A DNA stretch of 64,000 bases, taken from a bacterium. Lineage in GTDB: Bacteria > UBA8248. A model generated the notes under the pieces. That model had not been told where the DNA came from. It saw only the letters and a list, made by a program, of their open reading frames with translations, and did no database searches. Both the position numbers and the translations under genes were made by a program. Positions within the stretch are counted from its first letter, which is position 1, and each line of letters opens with the position of its first letter. This document shows positions 30,122-40,561 of this stretch, piece by piece. The stretch covers positions 320,001-384,000 of the forward strand of contig CBDBBI010000010.1 of assembly GCA_965202625.1 (NCBI GenBank), written 5' to 3'.

Positions 30122-30730
30122 TTAAGTGTTTTGCAAGGGATAATAAGAGAGGTGTTCCAGTTCGCTTCCCAAATCCATCTTTTTTACCTTAACATGTCGC
30201 GGCGTTTGAGTTTGGATAGCGGCGAAATTCAATGTCCCCTTGATGCCCGCGTGAACGAGCGACATCCCCACGTTTTGTGCACTTGCGCTTGGCGCGGCGG
30301 TGGTACCAATCTTGATGTCCTTCTCTTTCGTGACTCCATGCAGACTCGTCATTGGCAGTACCGTGGGGAACTGATTCAATGGACGGGGAATTTGTCGAAT
30401 ATCGTGTTGCTCTCGAAACCATGCGCTAGAAAGCCCTTGTGAGACAACAAAGCGGAGCTGAGATTTCCCACTCCGACGAGCACGACTTCCCAAGTTTGGG
30501 TCACCCCGAAATTTTTTGAGTTTGTATCTTAACCCCTTGATATAATAGCCTTTGCCCTGAAATCACCGAAGTAGGCGAGATCCTTTCTGATTTGCGCGGG
30601 CTTGAATCCGCATGGCCGCACCAAGTTGGCAGAGGTAATGGGGCTTGGCCCCGTCGCTTTTCGCCTGCTCCAAAATGCGGGCGTAAGTGGATAATCGGTT
30701 GACCATTGCCTTGGGAACCCGCACTTTCAT
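30122..30730 (-). pseudogene. rex: Redox-sensing repressor Rex, multiply frameshifted
   Basis: Successive frames give [12 protein letters not shown] / [14 protein letters not shown] / GKGYY / WEVVLVGVGNLSSALL / AGIKGTLNFA...DLGSELEHLSYY; at least 4 frameshifts. Confidence 0.9.
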
Positions 30731-30874
30731 GTTTTCGCACGTCACCTTTCCGTTCCTCTGAGAATTTCGAGGTGAACGCAAAACCTGAGAAGAATGTGCG
30801 GCGTCTTGATGACGCTGAGATTCTATGCGTTTCGATGAGAAGGGCAAACGAGAGCTGCTCCAGCTCATCTCTCG

Positions 30875-30908
30875 AAAAGGGAGGAGCTTTGCGGCTCCCC
30901 CCCTTTTT
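30875..30908 (-). terminator. Rho-independent terminator after atpE
   Basis: Minus strand GGGGGGAGC-CGCAAA-GCTCCTCC stem followed by CTTTT; A/T tracts on both sides. Confidence 0.75.
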
Positions 30909-30929
30909 CTTTTGTGAATACTTGTTTAT

Positions 30930-31250
30930 CTAGCCAAGGATGATGATGAGGCAGATAACGAAAGTGTAGATGACGAGCGACTCAATCAGGGCGAGACCGA
31001 TGATCATCGACACGCGGAGGTCTCCGCCCGCCCCCGGGTTGCGCGCAGTGCCGTCCAAGGCGCTCGCAATGCTCTTGCTCTGGGCGAAAGCGCCAGCAGT
31101 GGCGGCGATGGCCAAGGCGAATGACGAGGAGATCATTCTCCATTTCAGAACTTCGCCGCTTCCAGCATCGCTGGCAGTGGCGGCGAACGCATTGGTGGCC
31201 ATGGCTACGAGACTGGCGAAAGTGAACCCAATCATTCCCAAACGTTTCAT
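30930..31250 (-). CDS. atpE: ATP synthase F0 subunit c
   Basis: ARNP loop, GLALIESLVIY ion-binding helix; N-terminal signal-like extension. Confidence 0.96.
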   Translation of the reverse strand: MKRLGMIGFTFASLVAMATNAFAATASDAGSGEVLKWRMISSSFALAIAATAGAFAQSKSIASALDGTARNPGAGGDLRVSMIIGLALIESLVIYTFVICLIIILG

Positions 31251-31296
31251 GCCTTACATCTCCTTGTTGAAGTGATTCCTGAGTGGGACGCTGTTA

Positions 31297-32016
31297 TTAA
31301 TGAGCATGGGCGGCCTCATGCCCATGGTCTTCATCGTGATCGTGTTCTTCAAGCGAGCCGGCGATGTATATCATGGTCAAGAGGGTGAAAACAAAGGCTT
31401 GAATGAAACTTCCGAAAATCACGAACATTTGCATCGCCCAGGGAAGGGGAAGAAAAATTTGCAGGCACAGTAGCATTAGAACACCGAGCACCAATTCTTC
31501 TCCCGTGATATTTCCGAAAAGGCGCAAGGTGAGCGATAGGGGACGACTGAGGTGAGAGATGATCTCAATGGGAATCATGAGCGGGGCCAGCCAGATGATG
31601 GGCCCCGTGAAATGCTTGAGATACGCCATTCCGTTTCTCTTGAGTCCGACGTAATGCGTTGCGAAAAAGACGGTGAGGGCACAGCCCACGTTGGTGTTCA
31701 AATTGCTCGTAGGCGCCATAAAACCGGGGAGAATACCGATGACGTTGCACAGAAAAATGTAGACGCCCAGCGTGAATACAAGGGGAAAGAAAGGCTTCCC
31801 CTCCTTGCCGAGCGGGCCTTCCATGAAGGCGGAGAAAGCGTCGAAAATGGCCTCGAACACGTTTTGCCCGCCAACAGGTATCTTGTGAAGCGCTTTGGTG
31901 ACGAGGAGCGCACTCCCGATGAGGAACAACATCACCAGCCAGCTGTACACGATGTTGGGGTAGGCGGATAGGCCGGGGAAGATGTCGAAATACAGAAACG
32001 GGTGGAATTTTTCCAT
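31297..32016 (-). CDS. atpB: ATP synthase F0 subunit a
   Basis: APTSNLN, RPLSLTLRLFGN, IQAFVFTLLTMIYI. Confidence 0.97.
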   Translation of the reverse strand: MEKFHPFLYFDIFPGLSAYPNIVYSWLVMLFLIGSALLVTKALHKIPVGGQNVFEAIFDAFSAFMEGPLGKEGKPFFPLVFTLGVYIFLCNVIGILPGFMAPTSNLNTNVGCALTVFFATHYVGLKRNGMAYLKHFTGPIIWLAPLMIPIEIISHLSRPLSLTLRLFGNITGEELVLGVLMLLCLQIFLPLPWAMQMFVIFGSFIQAFVFTLLTMIYIAGSLEEHDHDEDHGHEAAHAH

Positions 32017-32019
32017 GTG

Positions 32020-32415
32020 TTATGCCCTTGTCGATCCCTGTATTCGCAGAGCGCTGCGCGCCCCATGAACGAAAATGGCCAATGGCAGAATGGATAACCC
32101 TATCACCACGCCCACGACGGGAAGACGAACCCAACCTATCGCAAGGGTTACAATCCCAATGAGCGCAACGAATCGCAATACGTATAAAAGATGGTGCCAC
32201 CATTTGGGGCATCGCGCGTTCTTCGAAAATATACGTACGAAGTATACATCCATCAGCCGAAAACTTCCAAGTGCGCACGCCCCCCCAATCGCTACTCCAA
32301 TAGTCGCCAAGAATTGCCCCAGAATCAGCCCAGCCAAGCTCATGACTGATAGTATTAGCCAGCCGGAGTTCTCGATGCTTCTAAGGTCGAGCGATGGGAG
32401 GTCCCATTTTTTCAC
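32020..32415 (-). CDS. atpI: ATP synthase subunit I
   Basis: Four hydrophobic helices, immediately upstream of atpB. Confidence 0.8.
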   Translation of the reverse strand: MKKWDLPSLDLRSIENSGWLILSVMSLAGLILGQFLATIGVAIGGACALGSFRLMDVYFVRIFSKNARCPKWWHHLLYVLRFVALIGIVTLAIGWVRLPVVGVVIGLSILPLAIFVHGARSALRIQGSTRA

Positions 32416-32715
32416 CTAACGAACGCCTTTGATGAGATCGATGAAAGCAGAGACGAAGCCCAACAACAACGCTACCACCATCGCCCACGGGTATGAACCG
32501 AGGAGCCAGTCTATGCCGTATCCCATCCCACCGCCTACGAGTGGGGCGGTCACAAAGTTCCATCCGAGCGTCGCCAAATGAATGTTTCGCACGCCTTTTC
32601 GAATTCTCTCATCGCGTGACCCTGTCGTTTTTCGCGCTGGCGCCTTGCGCCTTGCTCCTAGAGAAGGAGCAGGGGACATGCCTTTTTCCCTCCTATGATG
32701 AATCCGCGGGGCCAT
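32416..32715 (-). CDS. atpZ: AtpZ/AtpI family protein
   Basis: GYGIDWLLGSYPW...LLLGFVSAF pattern; first gene of F0 cluster; start uncertain. Confidence 0.85.
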   Translation of the reverse strand: MAPRIHHRREKGMSPAPSLGARRKAPARKTTGSRDERIRKGVRNIHLATLGWNFVTAPLVGGGMGYGIDWLLGSYPWAMVVALLLGFVSAFIDLIKGVR

Positions 32716-32730
32716 AATTTTACGGGCGGG

Positions 32731-32759
32731 AACATATCAGCATGGCAAGCGGGTGTCAA
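32731..32759 (-). promoter_or_regulatory. Putative sigma70 promoter of atp F0 cluster
   Basis: Minus strand TTGACA-17 nt-TATGTT. Confidence 0.65.
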
Positions 32760-33139
32760 GAGAGGATGCGAGGACGCACATCCGAGGGGCGACCGCATGG
32801 CTGCGCCATTGCGGGGGAGGGGGATGCGTCCGACGCCGGCTGCGGGCTGCGGCCCGGGCGAGAGCGACGGGGCAGGCGTGGGACGCAGGTATACGTCTCT
32901 GAGGGCTGCGGATGTCGCTTGAAATCTTGATGATTCCTCCGTCCGCCACTCAGAATGAAATGTGCAGATCACCCCAAAGCACCTTGCTTTTTAGAGGCGT
33001 CGCTTTTCCGCGATCGGGACTCCAAGGTTTCACGTCATGAAATCCGGCGACTGTAGCTTGTCGGCATGTATGCGAGCCATTGATGGCAATAAAGATCTGG
33101 AGCCGGAAAATTCCTTCGACGTTTGTTGCATTAGTTGCA

Positions 33140-34444
33140 TTACCCTGTGGTCTGAACAAGGGGGCGCGTCACTCCCTTTTCTCTGCTTGGCTTTTCCCTT
33201 GAGGGATAAGAGAGCACAAAGAGCAGCGACGCGACACCGGACAGGAAGCTGAAAAGGATGGACAGCGTATACGTTGCCGGTCAGGTCGTGTAGCAATCCG
33301 CCGATGAACCCTCCCGTGGCCATCCCTGAACTCGCGCCGGTAATGAAGGTGCCGAACAGGATGCCCACCCTCTTTGGTCCATAGTATTCGCGCGTTATCA
33401 CGGGATACATCGTCCCATGTCCTCCGAGGCCGATGCCTACCATGAGGGCGACGGCGTAGAATGTGAAGGGAGAATCTATCCAGAAAAGCAGAGGTACTGG
33501 CAGCGTTTGCGTCGTAAGCGCAGTGAATAATGCGCGCTTTGCGCCAATACGGTCCGCTAGCATTCCTCCGCTGATTCTGCCGATGAGCGTTCCCAAGCCC
33601 AGGACGCCAACGAGGCTCGACGCCTGCACATGAGATATACCCGCCTCAATGGCGATGGGCACCAGATGAACGATGAGAACCGAGTGGCACATGCAATCCG
33701 TAGTATGGCTCGAAATGATCATCCAAAAGGGCTTGCGCTTTAGAATCTCTCGCATTCCCAAGGACGCCTCAGGAAGTATCTGGAGCGATTCTTCTGGTGT
33801 ATCGGAGAGATTTTTTGAGTTTTCACCCCTCATCCCGCGCTGTTTGTGAGATTTTAGGGCGATTACCGCAGGCGTGGCGACGACGAGAAAAAGGATTCCC
33901 AAGTACAAGTAGGAGGATCGCCATCCGTGAACGCTTATAAGAAAGCCCGTGAGAGGTGCCAGAATCAGTATGCCGAGGCCGGCTCAGGCGCCGGTCAACC
34001 CGGTGGCCAGTCCCCGATTTTTGTTTATGTTGCGCTGTATGAAGGCTTGGACGGGTGTGGCGATGGCGGCGCGCCTAGCCCTGCCAACACGCCCGTCAAC
34101 AGGAGATATTGCCATAAGTTTTGAATGAAAAAGGAGAGGATCAGCGAACCGCCGGCGATTAAAACGCCGGCGAGGAGTACAGGCCTCGTCCCGAATTTAT
34201 CGGAGAGACCGCCGGCGATGATCGAACTGAACGCTATCATGAACATATTGATGGAATATGCGGCTGAGGCTGTGGAACGATTCCAGCTGAATTCACTTAT
34301 TAGGGGGTTTAGGAATATGCCGAAGAGGAAGTTAAGACCCGAGAAAAGTCCCAGAAGCACAAAGGCGGAGACGATGAAAATCCACTGTGTGGGTGGACGG
34401 AAAGAATCGATATGTTCGGTCCAAAGGATTCCTTTCAACGACAT
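33140..34444 (-). pseudogene. MFS transporter (OFA/MCT-like), disrupted
   Basis: GGLSDKFGTR and GMLADRIGAK motif A in different frames; frameshift near 34070, in-frame TGA at 33984-33986, further frameshift near 33270. Confidence 0.85.
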
Positions 34445-34741
34445 GCGGGCGGAAAAACGCTCTTAAATGAATTGGGTTTACAAAACCTCTATCCTAGGAT
34501 AAACGCCTGCCCGCCTGCAAGCAATCTGGTCTGTTCTTCGCCTTGCGCTTGAAACCACTACCATGCTTTTGAGGGCGTGGTCCGTTGTAGGAACGGGAAA
34601 TCGACATTGCATGGGGTTCTGGGGCTCTCTGGTTCTCCTGCATGGTTGCCTTTCACGCCTCCTATCGTGTAAGCAGTTCTCCTCAGTCTCTCGGACGCGA
34701 AATTTCCGAGGGAGACGCGGTTCAAAGAGGGAACGTCCAGG

Positions 34742-36154
34742 ATGCCTAAGAGCGAGGCGAAATCCGATCAGGTGAGAATCCCGAAGCCCTGGGGCGGAAG
34801 GTTTCAAGGGGAAACCGATGCGCGTGTGGAGAGGTTTACCGAGAGCGTCTCTTTCGATCATCGCCTAGCGGCGTATGACGTCATCGCCTCTATTGCGCAT
34901 GCGGAAATGCTGGGGGCGCAAGGGGTCATCACGAAAGCGGACGCCATGAAGATAATCTCCGGTCTCAAGGCCATCCTGAGGGACGTGGAGGCGAATCGAT
35001 TCAGGCTCCGGTTAGACCTTGAGGATGTGCATATGAACATTGAGGCGGCGCTCACGGAGCGAATCGGCGCCGTCGGCGGTCGATTGCACACGGCGCGGAG
35101 CCGAAACGATCAGGTGGCCACGTCGCTCAGGCTATGGCTACGAAATCAGATTGATGAGACGCAAGAGGCGCTTTTCGCTCTGAGGCGTGCCTTGCTGATC
35201 CAAGCGGAGTCGCACGTCGATACGGTGATGCCGGGCTACACGCACTTACAGCGCGCGCAGCCCGTTTCCCTCGCGCATCATTTGCTCGCGTATTCCCAGA
35301 TGTTGCGACGCGACGGAGAGCGTTTTGGAGAGGTTCGCACACGAGTCAACGTGTTGCCGCTGGGTGCGGGCGCGCTTGCGGGCACGAGCCACCCGATAGA
35401 CAGAAAAAGCGTGGCGAAAACGCTTGGATTTGACTCCGTAGCGGAGAATAGCATGGATGCGGTGAGCGATCGGGATTTTGCCCTGGAGTTCGCGTCGGCC
35501 GCCTCCATAGCGATGATGCACCTCAGCAGATTGGGAGAGGAGATCGTCCTTTGGGCGAGCGGGGAGTTCGGCTTCGTCGAAATGGCGGATTCCTTCTCCA
35601 CGGGAAGTTCCTTGATGCCACAAAAGAAAAATCCGGACGTAGCTGAAATCGTAAGGGGCAAAAGTGGGCGCGTTTTTGGAGATTTTATCGCTTTGCTCAC
35701 CTTGATGAAGGGATTGCCGTTAACATACAACCGGGACATGCAAGAGGATAAGGAGTCCTTGTTCGACGCTGCTGATACGTTACTGGCTTCTTTGGGAGTC
35801 ATGGCGCCCATGGTCGCATCGATGCGTTTTCAACCACAAAGGATGGCGCGGGCTGCCGAGGGCGGCTACATGACGGCGACGGATCTGGCGGACGCCATGG
35901 CAAGGCGAGGCGTCCCTTTTCGCCAAGCGCACGAGGCGGTGGGGCGAGCTGTGAGAGTTGCCATCGATAAAGGGGTGGCACTGAGCGAGTTGGACGCTTC
36001 GGACTTAAAGCGAGCCGACTCTCATCTCATCGCGGATGATTTGGAGGAGACGTATTTGGAGCGAGCCTTGCGCTCAAGAAACAGTGTAGGCGGCGCCTCA
36101 AGGAGAAGCGTTGCGGCTCAGATACGGGCGGAAAAAAAGCGTTTGGGAATATAG
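34742..36154 (+). CDS. argH: Argininosuccinate lyase
   Basis: [48 protein letters not shown]. Confidence 0.98.
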   Translation: MPKSEAKSDQVRIPKPWGGRFQGETDARVERFTESVSFDHRLAAYDVIASIAHAEMLGAQGVITKADAMKIISGLKAILRDVEANRFRLRLDLEDVHMNIEAALTERIGAVGGRLHTARSRNDQVATSLRLWLRNQIDETQEALFALRRALLIQAESHVDTVMPGYTHLQRAQPVSLAHHLLAYSQMLRRDGERFGEVRTRVNVLPLGAGALAGTSHPIDRKSVAKTLGFDSVAENSMDAVSDRDFALEFASAASIAMMHLSRLGEEIVLWASGEFGFVEMADSFSTGSSLMPQKKNPDVAEIVRGKSGRVFGDFIALLTLMKGLPLTYNRDMQEDKESLFDAADTLLASLGVMAPMVASMRFQPQRMARAAEGGYMTATDLADAMARRGVPFRQAHEAVGRAVRVAIDKGVALSELDASDLKRADSHLIADDLEETYLERALRSRNSVGGASRRSVAAQIRAEKKRLGI

Positions 36155-36393
36155 GAGGCAGCGGGAGTTTTCTATGTGTTGGAGACGTCTCGCTCGAGAT
36201 TTCGAATGGACGTTTGGCGTGTTCATCCATCCGTCTATCGGCGTCCTATATCTCTCCACGCCACCTCAAAAGTGTTCTCCCAGGCGTCGTGCGCGAGTTT
36301 GCGTCCACGGGGCGTTATGGTCGTTTCCTTGCGTTTTTCGGATATGCGCGGCAGCGGCGGAGCCATGAAAATCGAGATGGAGTCCACGGGGCG

Positions 36394-36510
36394 ATGAAAA
36401 AAATTCTGCTCGCGATCATCTTGACGACCGCGGTGATGGGGATGGTCGGGGGTTGTGGCGTTAAGGGATCGCCAACCCCTCCCAGGAGTCCGATTATTAA
36501 GGGTTTGTGA
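36394..36510 (+). CDS. Small lipoprotein, LptM/YifL-like (38 aa)
   Basis: MKKILLAIILTTAVMGMVGG-CGVKGSPTPP: signal peptide II plus CGxKG motif; sits just before lysA-dapF. Confidence 0.75.
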   Translation: MKKILLAIILTTAVMGMVGGCGVKGSPTPPRSPIIKGL

Positions 36511-36555
36511 GAAAAGCCCCTGCTTTGTGAAAGTGTTGGGAAGAGAGGGTGAAAC

Positions 36556-37833
36556 ATGCGCCATTTTGAATACAAGAACGGTGAATTGTGTGCGGAGGAC
36601 ATATCTCTGACGCAGTTGGCGGAGGAGGTGGGCACGCCTTTTTACGCCTACAGCCATGAGACGCTCTTTCGCCATTTCCGCGTGTTTGAGGAGGCGTTCT
36701 CCTCCGTTCCCCATCTCATTTGCTTCGCCATGAAGAGCAATTCGAACCTGGCGATACTCCGGCTGTTCGGGACCATGGGCGGGGGGCTGGACATCGTTTC
36801 GGGGGGTGAATTGTTTCGCGCGCTCAAGGCCGGAATGCCGACAGAGCGCATCGTGTTTGCGGGCGTCGGCAAGTCGGATGATGAGATTGCCTTCGCTCTC
36901 GAACAAGGCGTGTTGCTCTTTAACGTAGAGAGCGAGGAGGAGTTGGTGAACATCGACGAAGTGGCGAGACGCTTGAGAAAACGCGCGCAAGTCGCCATTC
37001 GGGTCAACCCCGACGTCGACCCCCAGACCCATCCCTACATCGCAACGGGATTGAGGAAGAGTAAGTTTGGCGTCAACATCGACCGGGCGAGGGAGCAATA
37101 CAAGACGGCCGCTAGACTCGAGGGTGTCGAACCCTCTGGAGTGCATTGCCACATTGGAAGCCAGATAACGACGAGCGCGCCCTTCGCCGATGCGGTAGAA
37201 ATTTTGGCGCGCTTGGTGGGCGGGCTGCGCGATGACGGGCGCGACATCCGCTACCTTAACTTGGGTGGTGGCCTCGGGATCACTTACAACGATGAGGCAC
37301 CGCCCCTGCCCAAGGACTATGCGGCGGCCATATTGCCGAAGATAAAGGATTTGGGGTGCACGCTTATTTTTGAGCCCGGGCGCGTCATTACAGGCAACGC
37401 GGGTGTTCTCGTCACGAAGGTGCTGTATGGAAAGAAAAACCCCGACAAGCGCTTCGTGATCGTTGACGCCGGAATGAACGATCTCATCCGCCCTAGTCTT
37501 TATCAAGCGTTTCAAGACGTGTGGCCCTTGGATGAAGGCGTCAAGGAACGGGCGAAGTATCTCACGGATCTGGTCGGCCCCATCTGTGAAAGCGGCGACT
37601 ATCTGGCCAAGGGTCGCGACTTGCCGGAGCTTCAAAGGGACGATTTGGTGGCCGTCATGAGCGCGGGCGCCTATGGGTTTACCATGGCGTCGAACTACAA
37701 TTCCCGCCCCAGGCCGCCTGAGATTCTTGTGCGAGGGAGCACGTATCACGTCATTCGAGAGCGTGAAACCTATGATGACTTGATTCGCGGCGAGCGCATA
37801 CCCGCGTTCATCAAGGAAAGGCGGATTGCGTGA
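36556..37833 (+). CDS. lysA: Diaminopimelate decarboxylase
   Basis: FAMKSNSN, DIVSGGE, HIGSQ, EPGR, GPICESGD, MASNYNSR. Confidence 0.98.
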   Translation: MRHFEYKNGELCAEDISLTQLAEEVGTPFYAYSHETLFRHFRVFEEAFSSVPHLICFAMKSNSNLAILRLFGTMGGGLDIVSGGELFRALKAGMPTERIVFAGVGKSDDEIAFALEQGVLLFNVESEEELVNIDEVARRLRKRAQVAIRVNPDVDPQTHPYIATGLRKSKFGVNIDRAREQYKTAARLEGVEPSGVHCHIGSQITTSAPFADAVEILARLVGGLRDDGRDIRYLNLGGGLGITYNDEAPPLPKDYAAAILPKIKDLGCTLIFEPGRVITGNAGVLVTKVLYGKKNPDKRFVIVDAGMNDLIRPSLYQAFQDVWPLDEGVKERAKYLTDLVGPICESGDYLAKGRDLPELQRDDLVAVMSAGAYGFTMASNYNSRPRPPEILVRGSTYHVIRERETYDDLIRGERIPAFIKERRIA

Positions 37834-38654
37834 ATAAAATCCTGTTCACCAAGTTCAGTGGAAGCGGCAACGATTTTATATTTATCGACAACAGGAAATT
37901 GGCGTATCAAGCCGATGAAATGATCGGTTTTATCCAAAAAGTTTGTCGCAGGGGCCAATCCGTGGGTGCCGACGGATTGATGTTTATCGAGCCGAGCGAA
38001 CGGGCCGATTTCAAGTGGCGGTTTTTCAACGCCGACGGCTCGGAGGGCGAGATGTGCGGAAACGGGGGACGCTGCGCCGCGCGTTTCGCGCAGGAGTTGG
38101 GCATCGCGACGGATGCGGTGTCGTTTGAGACCCTGGCAGGCGTCATTGACGCGACGATGAGCGATTCGAGAGTGAAACTGCGAATGACCCCGCCCTTCGA
38201 CTACCGCGCGGGGGTCGCGTTTGACGTCAACGGAAGGAAGGCGCTCCTTGAATACGTGAACACCGGCGTCCCCCATGCCGTGGAATTTGTGGACGATGTC
38301 GAGGCGGTCGATATCGTGGCTGATGGCCGGGCGATTCGGACCCACGACGCGTTTGCGCCGTCGGGGGCGAATGCGAATTTCGCGCGAGTGAGCGGTGCGC
38401 ATTCCCTGATTTTGAGAACCTATGAGCGAGGAGTGGAGGACGAAACCCTCGCCTGCGGCACGGGCGCCGTAGCCGCGGCGATACTGGCCGCGGCCCGTGG
38501 TCTTCTCACCGCGCCCGTGGACGTAGAAGTGCGAAGCGGAGAGATTTTGAAAATCTACTTTGAGGGCGTGGGCGCCGAGGTGCGCGACGTTTATATGGAA
38601 GGGGAGGCCCGGCTCGTTTACGTGGGAGAGATGACGCGAGAAGCGTTGCTTTGA
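37830..38654 (+). CDS. dapF: Diaminopimelate epimerase
   Basis: GSGNDF, EMCGNGGRC, TGVPH, RTYERGVEDETLACGTG. Confidence 0.98.
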   Translation: MNKILFTKFSGSGNDFIFIDNRKLAYQADEMIGFIQKVCRRGQSVGADGLMFIEPSERADFKWRFFNADGSEGEMCGNGGRCAARFAQELGIATDAVSFETLAGVIDATMSDSRVKLRMTPPFDYRAGVAFDVNGRKALLEYVNTGVPHAVEFVDDVEAVDIVADGRAIRTHDAFAPSGANANFARVSGAHSLILRTYERGVEDETLACGTGAVAAAILAAARGLLTAPVDVEVRSGEILKIYFEGVGAEVRDVYMEGEARLVYVGEMTREALL

Positions 38655-38732
38655 ATGTTTGGATGAAGAAGTGAAAATTGAGCGATGAGCCGCCTTCTCT
38701 CCCGGCTTTTGAATGGCTGGATTTGGGCGGCG

Positions 38733-38954
38733 TTATTCGTATCGGCCGAATGTGTTCGCGTTCGAAAAATTGTCTCGACAGAGTTCTCGAAGAAGAGCGT
38801 ATACCGCGCCTAGATCTATGATAATGGTGCCCACCAAGGTGAAGTCGAGTAAGTCATAGCCAGCGTATATCTCATCCATCAAAATCCATATGACCTGGTC
38901 CAGGGGTATGCCTGTGGCACGGCGTGAAAAGAAAGCCGCGCCACAGGCGGTCAA
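38733..38954 (-). pseudogene. Possible remnant of a DMT/EamA transporter C-terminus
   Basis: PLDQVIWILM...FTLVGTIIIDLGAVYALLRE resembles the last two EamA helices; no upstream part present. Confidence 0.3.
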
Positions 38955-38965
38955 AGATGTTCGAT

Positions 38966-39553
38966 TTAGTAGGGCTGGCTACGGCCTCCGGGACCATAGT
39001 GCCCCCTGAACCCGCCTCTCCAGCGAGGATGCTCGTCATTGACTCGCCGCATCAGCTGTTTTCTCTGCTCGGCGCTCAGAATGGATTTTCCTTCCTGGAT
39101 AGCTTTGAGGCGCATAATCCGCAAGTTCACCCGCATATCCGCAATTTTGCGTATCCTCTTCTCTACGTCGACGAAATCGATCTTCTCGGCGTCGAGCGCG
39201 CGCCTGAGGTCAATGCGGCTGGCTTCCATTTCAGCGCGTTCCTTCGTGAATTTCTTGGAGAAGGAGTCTCTGACATCCTTGAGACGGTTGATTTGAGAGT
39301 CGGTGAGCTTGAGTTCCTCATGATTTCTCAGCGCAATGGAAACCAGTGGGCGCGCCGCCAGAGGGAATCTGTGACGCCTTGCGTGACGTCCGCCGAAATG
39401 CGCGTTTCCCTTCATTCTTTCCCGAAAATCCCGTGTGAAGTCTTTTGGCGATTCGTCGCTGTCAGCCAAGGATGCGCCGGCGACGCCGAGGCATAGAGCG
39501 GCGGTGATGATGGTGGTGGACGCGGCACGGCGTTTTCGTAGTTTCATGTTCAT
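38966..39553 (-). CDS. Spy/CpxP/ZraP-like periplasmic protein
   Basis: Signal peptide, LKLTDSQ and ILSAEQRKQL (LTxxQ) repeats. Confidence 0.85.
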   Translation of the reverse strand: MNMKLRKRRAASTTIITAALCLGVAGASLADSDESPKDFTRDFRERMKGNAHFGGRHARRHRFPLAARPLVSIALRNHEELKLTDSQINRLKDVRDSFSKKFTKERAEMEASRIDLRRALDAEKIDFVDVEKRIRKIADMRVNLRIMRLKAIQEGKSILSAEQRKQLMRRVNDEHPRWRGGFRGHYGPGGRSQPY

Positions 39554-39611
39554 TCTCCTCCGATATGGCGATGGTGCTTTGTTTGGCGGCATCACGTCTG
39601 TTGATACGCGT

Positions 39612-40088
39612 TTATTGCCTTTCCAGCGGAACGGCCGAGGCGCCCGGATGACGCCCTCTGAACCTCCCCCGCCTTTTTCTGCGTCTTTCCTCAAAGCTTT
39701 CGACGAGGCGATCAAAAGACACCTTTTGATTGTTATCCAGGAAGGATCGCACGTCTTGGCGTACCTCCCGCATGATCGCGTTGAGCTGAGGTCTCATTTG
39801 GCGTCTGATGTTGCGGATTCGCTCGTAGTGGCGCTCGAGGGCGCCATTCACTTTTACGCGTTGCCTGGGGTCCAGGTTCAGGTCTCGTTCCAGCCAGTGC
39901 ATGAAGCGTCTGCCGTATGCGCCGCCGCGGGAGTGCACCCCGCGCGTGAAGAGGGTTCGCTCATCTTTCAGGAACATATACTGCGCGTGTTTGCGTCCGC
40001 TGACGTAGCCTGTTCCCGCGCCGGCGACGAACACGAAGAGAAGCACCGCCGACGCCTTCATGAACTCTTTCGTGAACCGGATTTTCAT
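39612..40088 (-). CDS. Membrane-anchored periplasmic heavy-metal-sensor-like protein
   Basis: N-terminal TM (LLFVFVAGAGTG), LNLDPRQ and FLDNNQKVSF LTxxQ-like repeats. Confidence 0.7.
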   Translation of the reverse strand: MKIRFTKEFMKASAVLLFVFVAGAGTGYVSGRKHAQYMFLKDERTLFTRGVHSRGGAYGRRFMHWLERDLNLDPRQRVKVNGALERHYERIRNIRRQMRPQLNAIMREVRQDVRSFLDNNQKVSFDRLVESFEERRRKRRGRFRGRHPGASAVPLERQ

Positions 40089-40093
40089 TGTCT

Positions 40094-40561
40094 CTATCTC
40101 GAAGGTGGGCGATCTGGCGAATCATAGGCGATATATTGAAGTAACTCTTGGCCCGTCTGCGTCTCAAGGCCGTTGCCGATCGCATGAATGGGGTTCATGG
40201 GATTCTCGAAACTGACCATCAAATTCGTTTGAGGGGGCATGAGATTCATACGTCTCTCCGTTCCCAGTCCCCAAAGCAAGCTTGCCGTCAGAAGAAACAC
40301 ACCTAAGGTGGCCATGGCGAGCCTTGGTCCCGTTGATGCCAATGTCGAGACGAAAGATAAGGGGTAATGGTCTTCTGGTTCATGAGCGGCAAGTTGGGGG
40401 TGCAATCTCTCCCAAAGTTTCTCATCAGGGGTGGGGGCGTCATCGCGCGCGGCTTCGAACAAGGCGCGAAGGGCGGATATTGTCTCGTTTCCCGGCCGGG
40501 GGGCATCCCAGTCCCGGGCATTTTGACCTCTTTCAAGTATCCTTTTCCATGAATCCATCAC
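40094..40561 (-). CDS. Putative anti-sigma factor (single TM)
   Basis: Overlaps ECF sigma stop; cytoplasmic N-terminus with LWERL, one TM helix, short periplasmic tail. Confidence 0.6.
   Translation of the reverse strand: MMDSWKRILERGQNARDWDAPRPGNETISALRALFEAARDDAPTPDEKLWERLHPQLAAHEPEDHYPLSFVSTLASTGPRLAMATLGVFLLTASLLWGLGTERRMNLMPPQTNLMVSFENPMNPIHAIGNGLETQTGQELLQYIAYDSPDRPPSR

Noticed and set aside
33984-33986. In-frame TGA in the MFS gene (and at 63147-63149 in DinB) as Sec or reassigned stop codon
   Set aside because: Expected residues are Gly and Trp, no SECIS-like hairpin was seen, both genes also have frameshifts, and many intact genes here end in TGA
36235-37749. 504-aa antisense ORF (and similar long shadows, e.g. 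2012..2794, 37770..38402)
   Set aside because: Antisense to well-conserved genes in a GC-rich genome; no recognisable motifs
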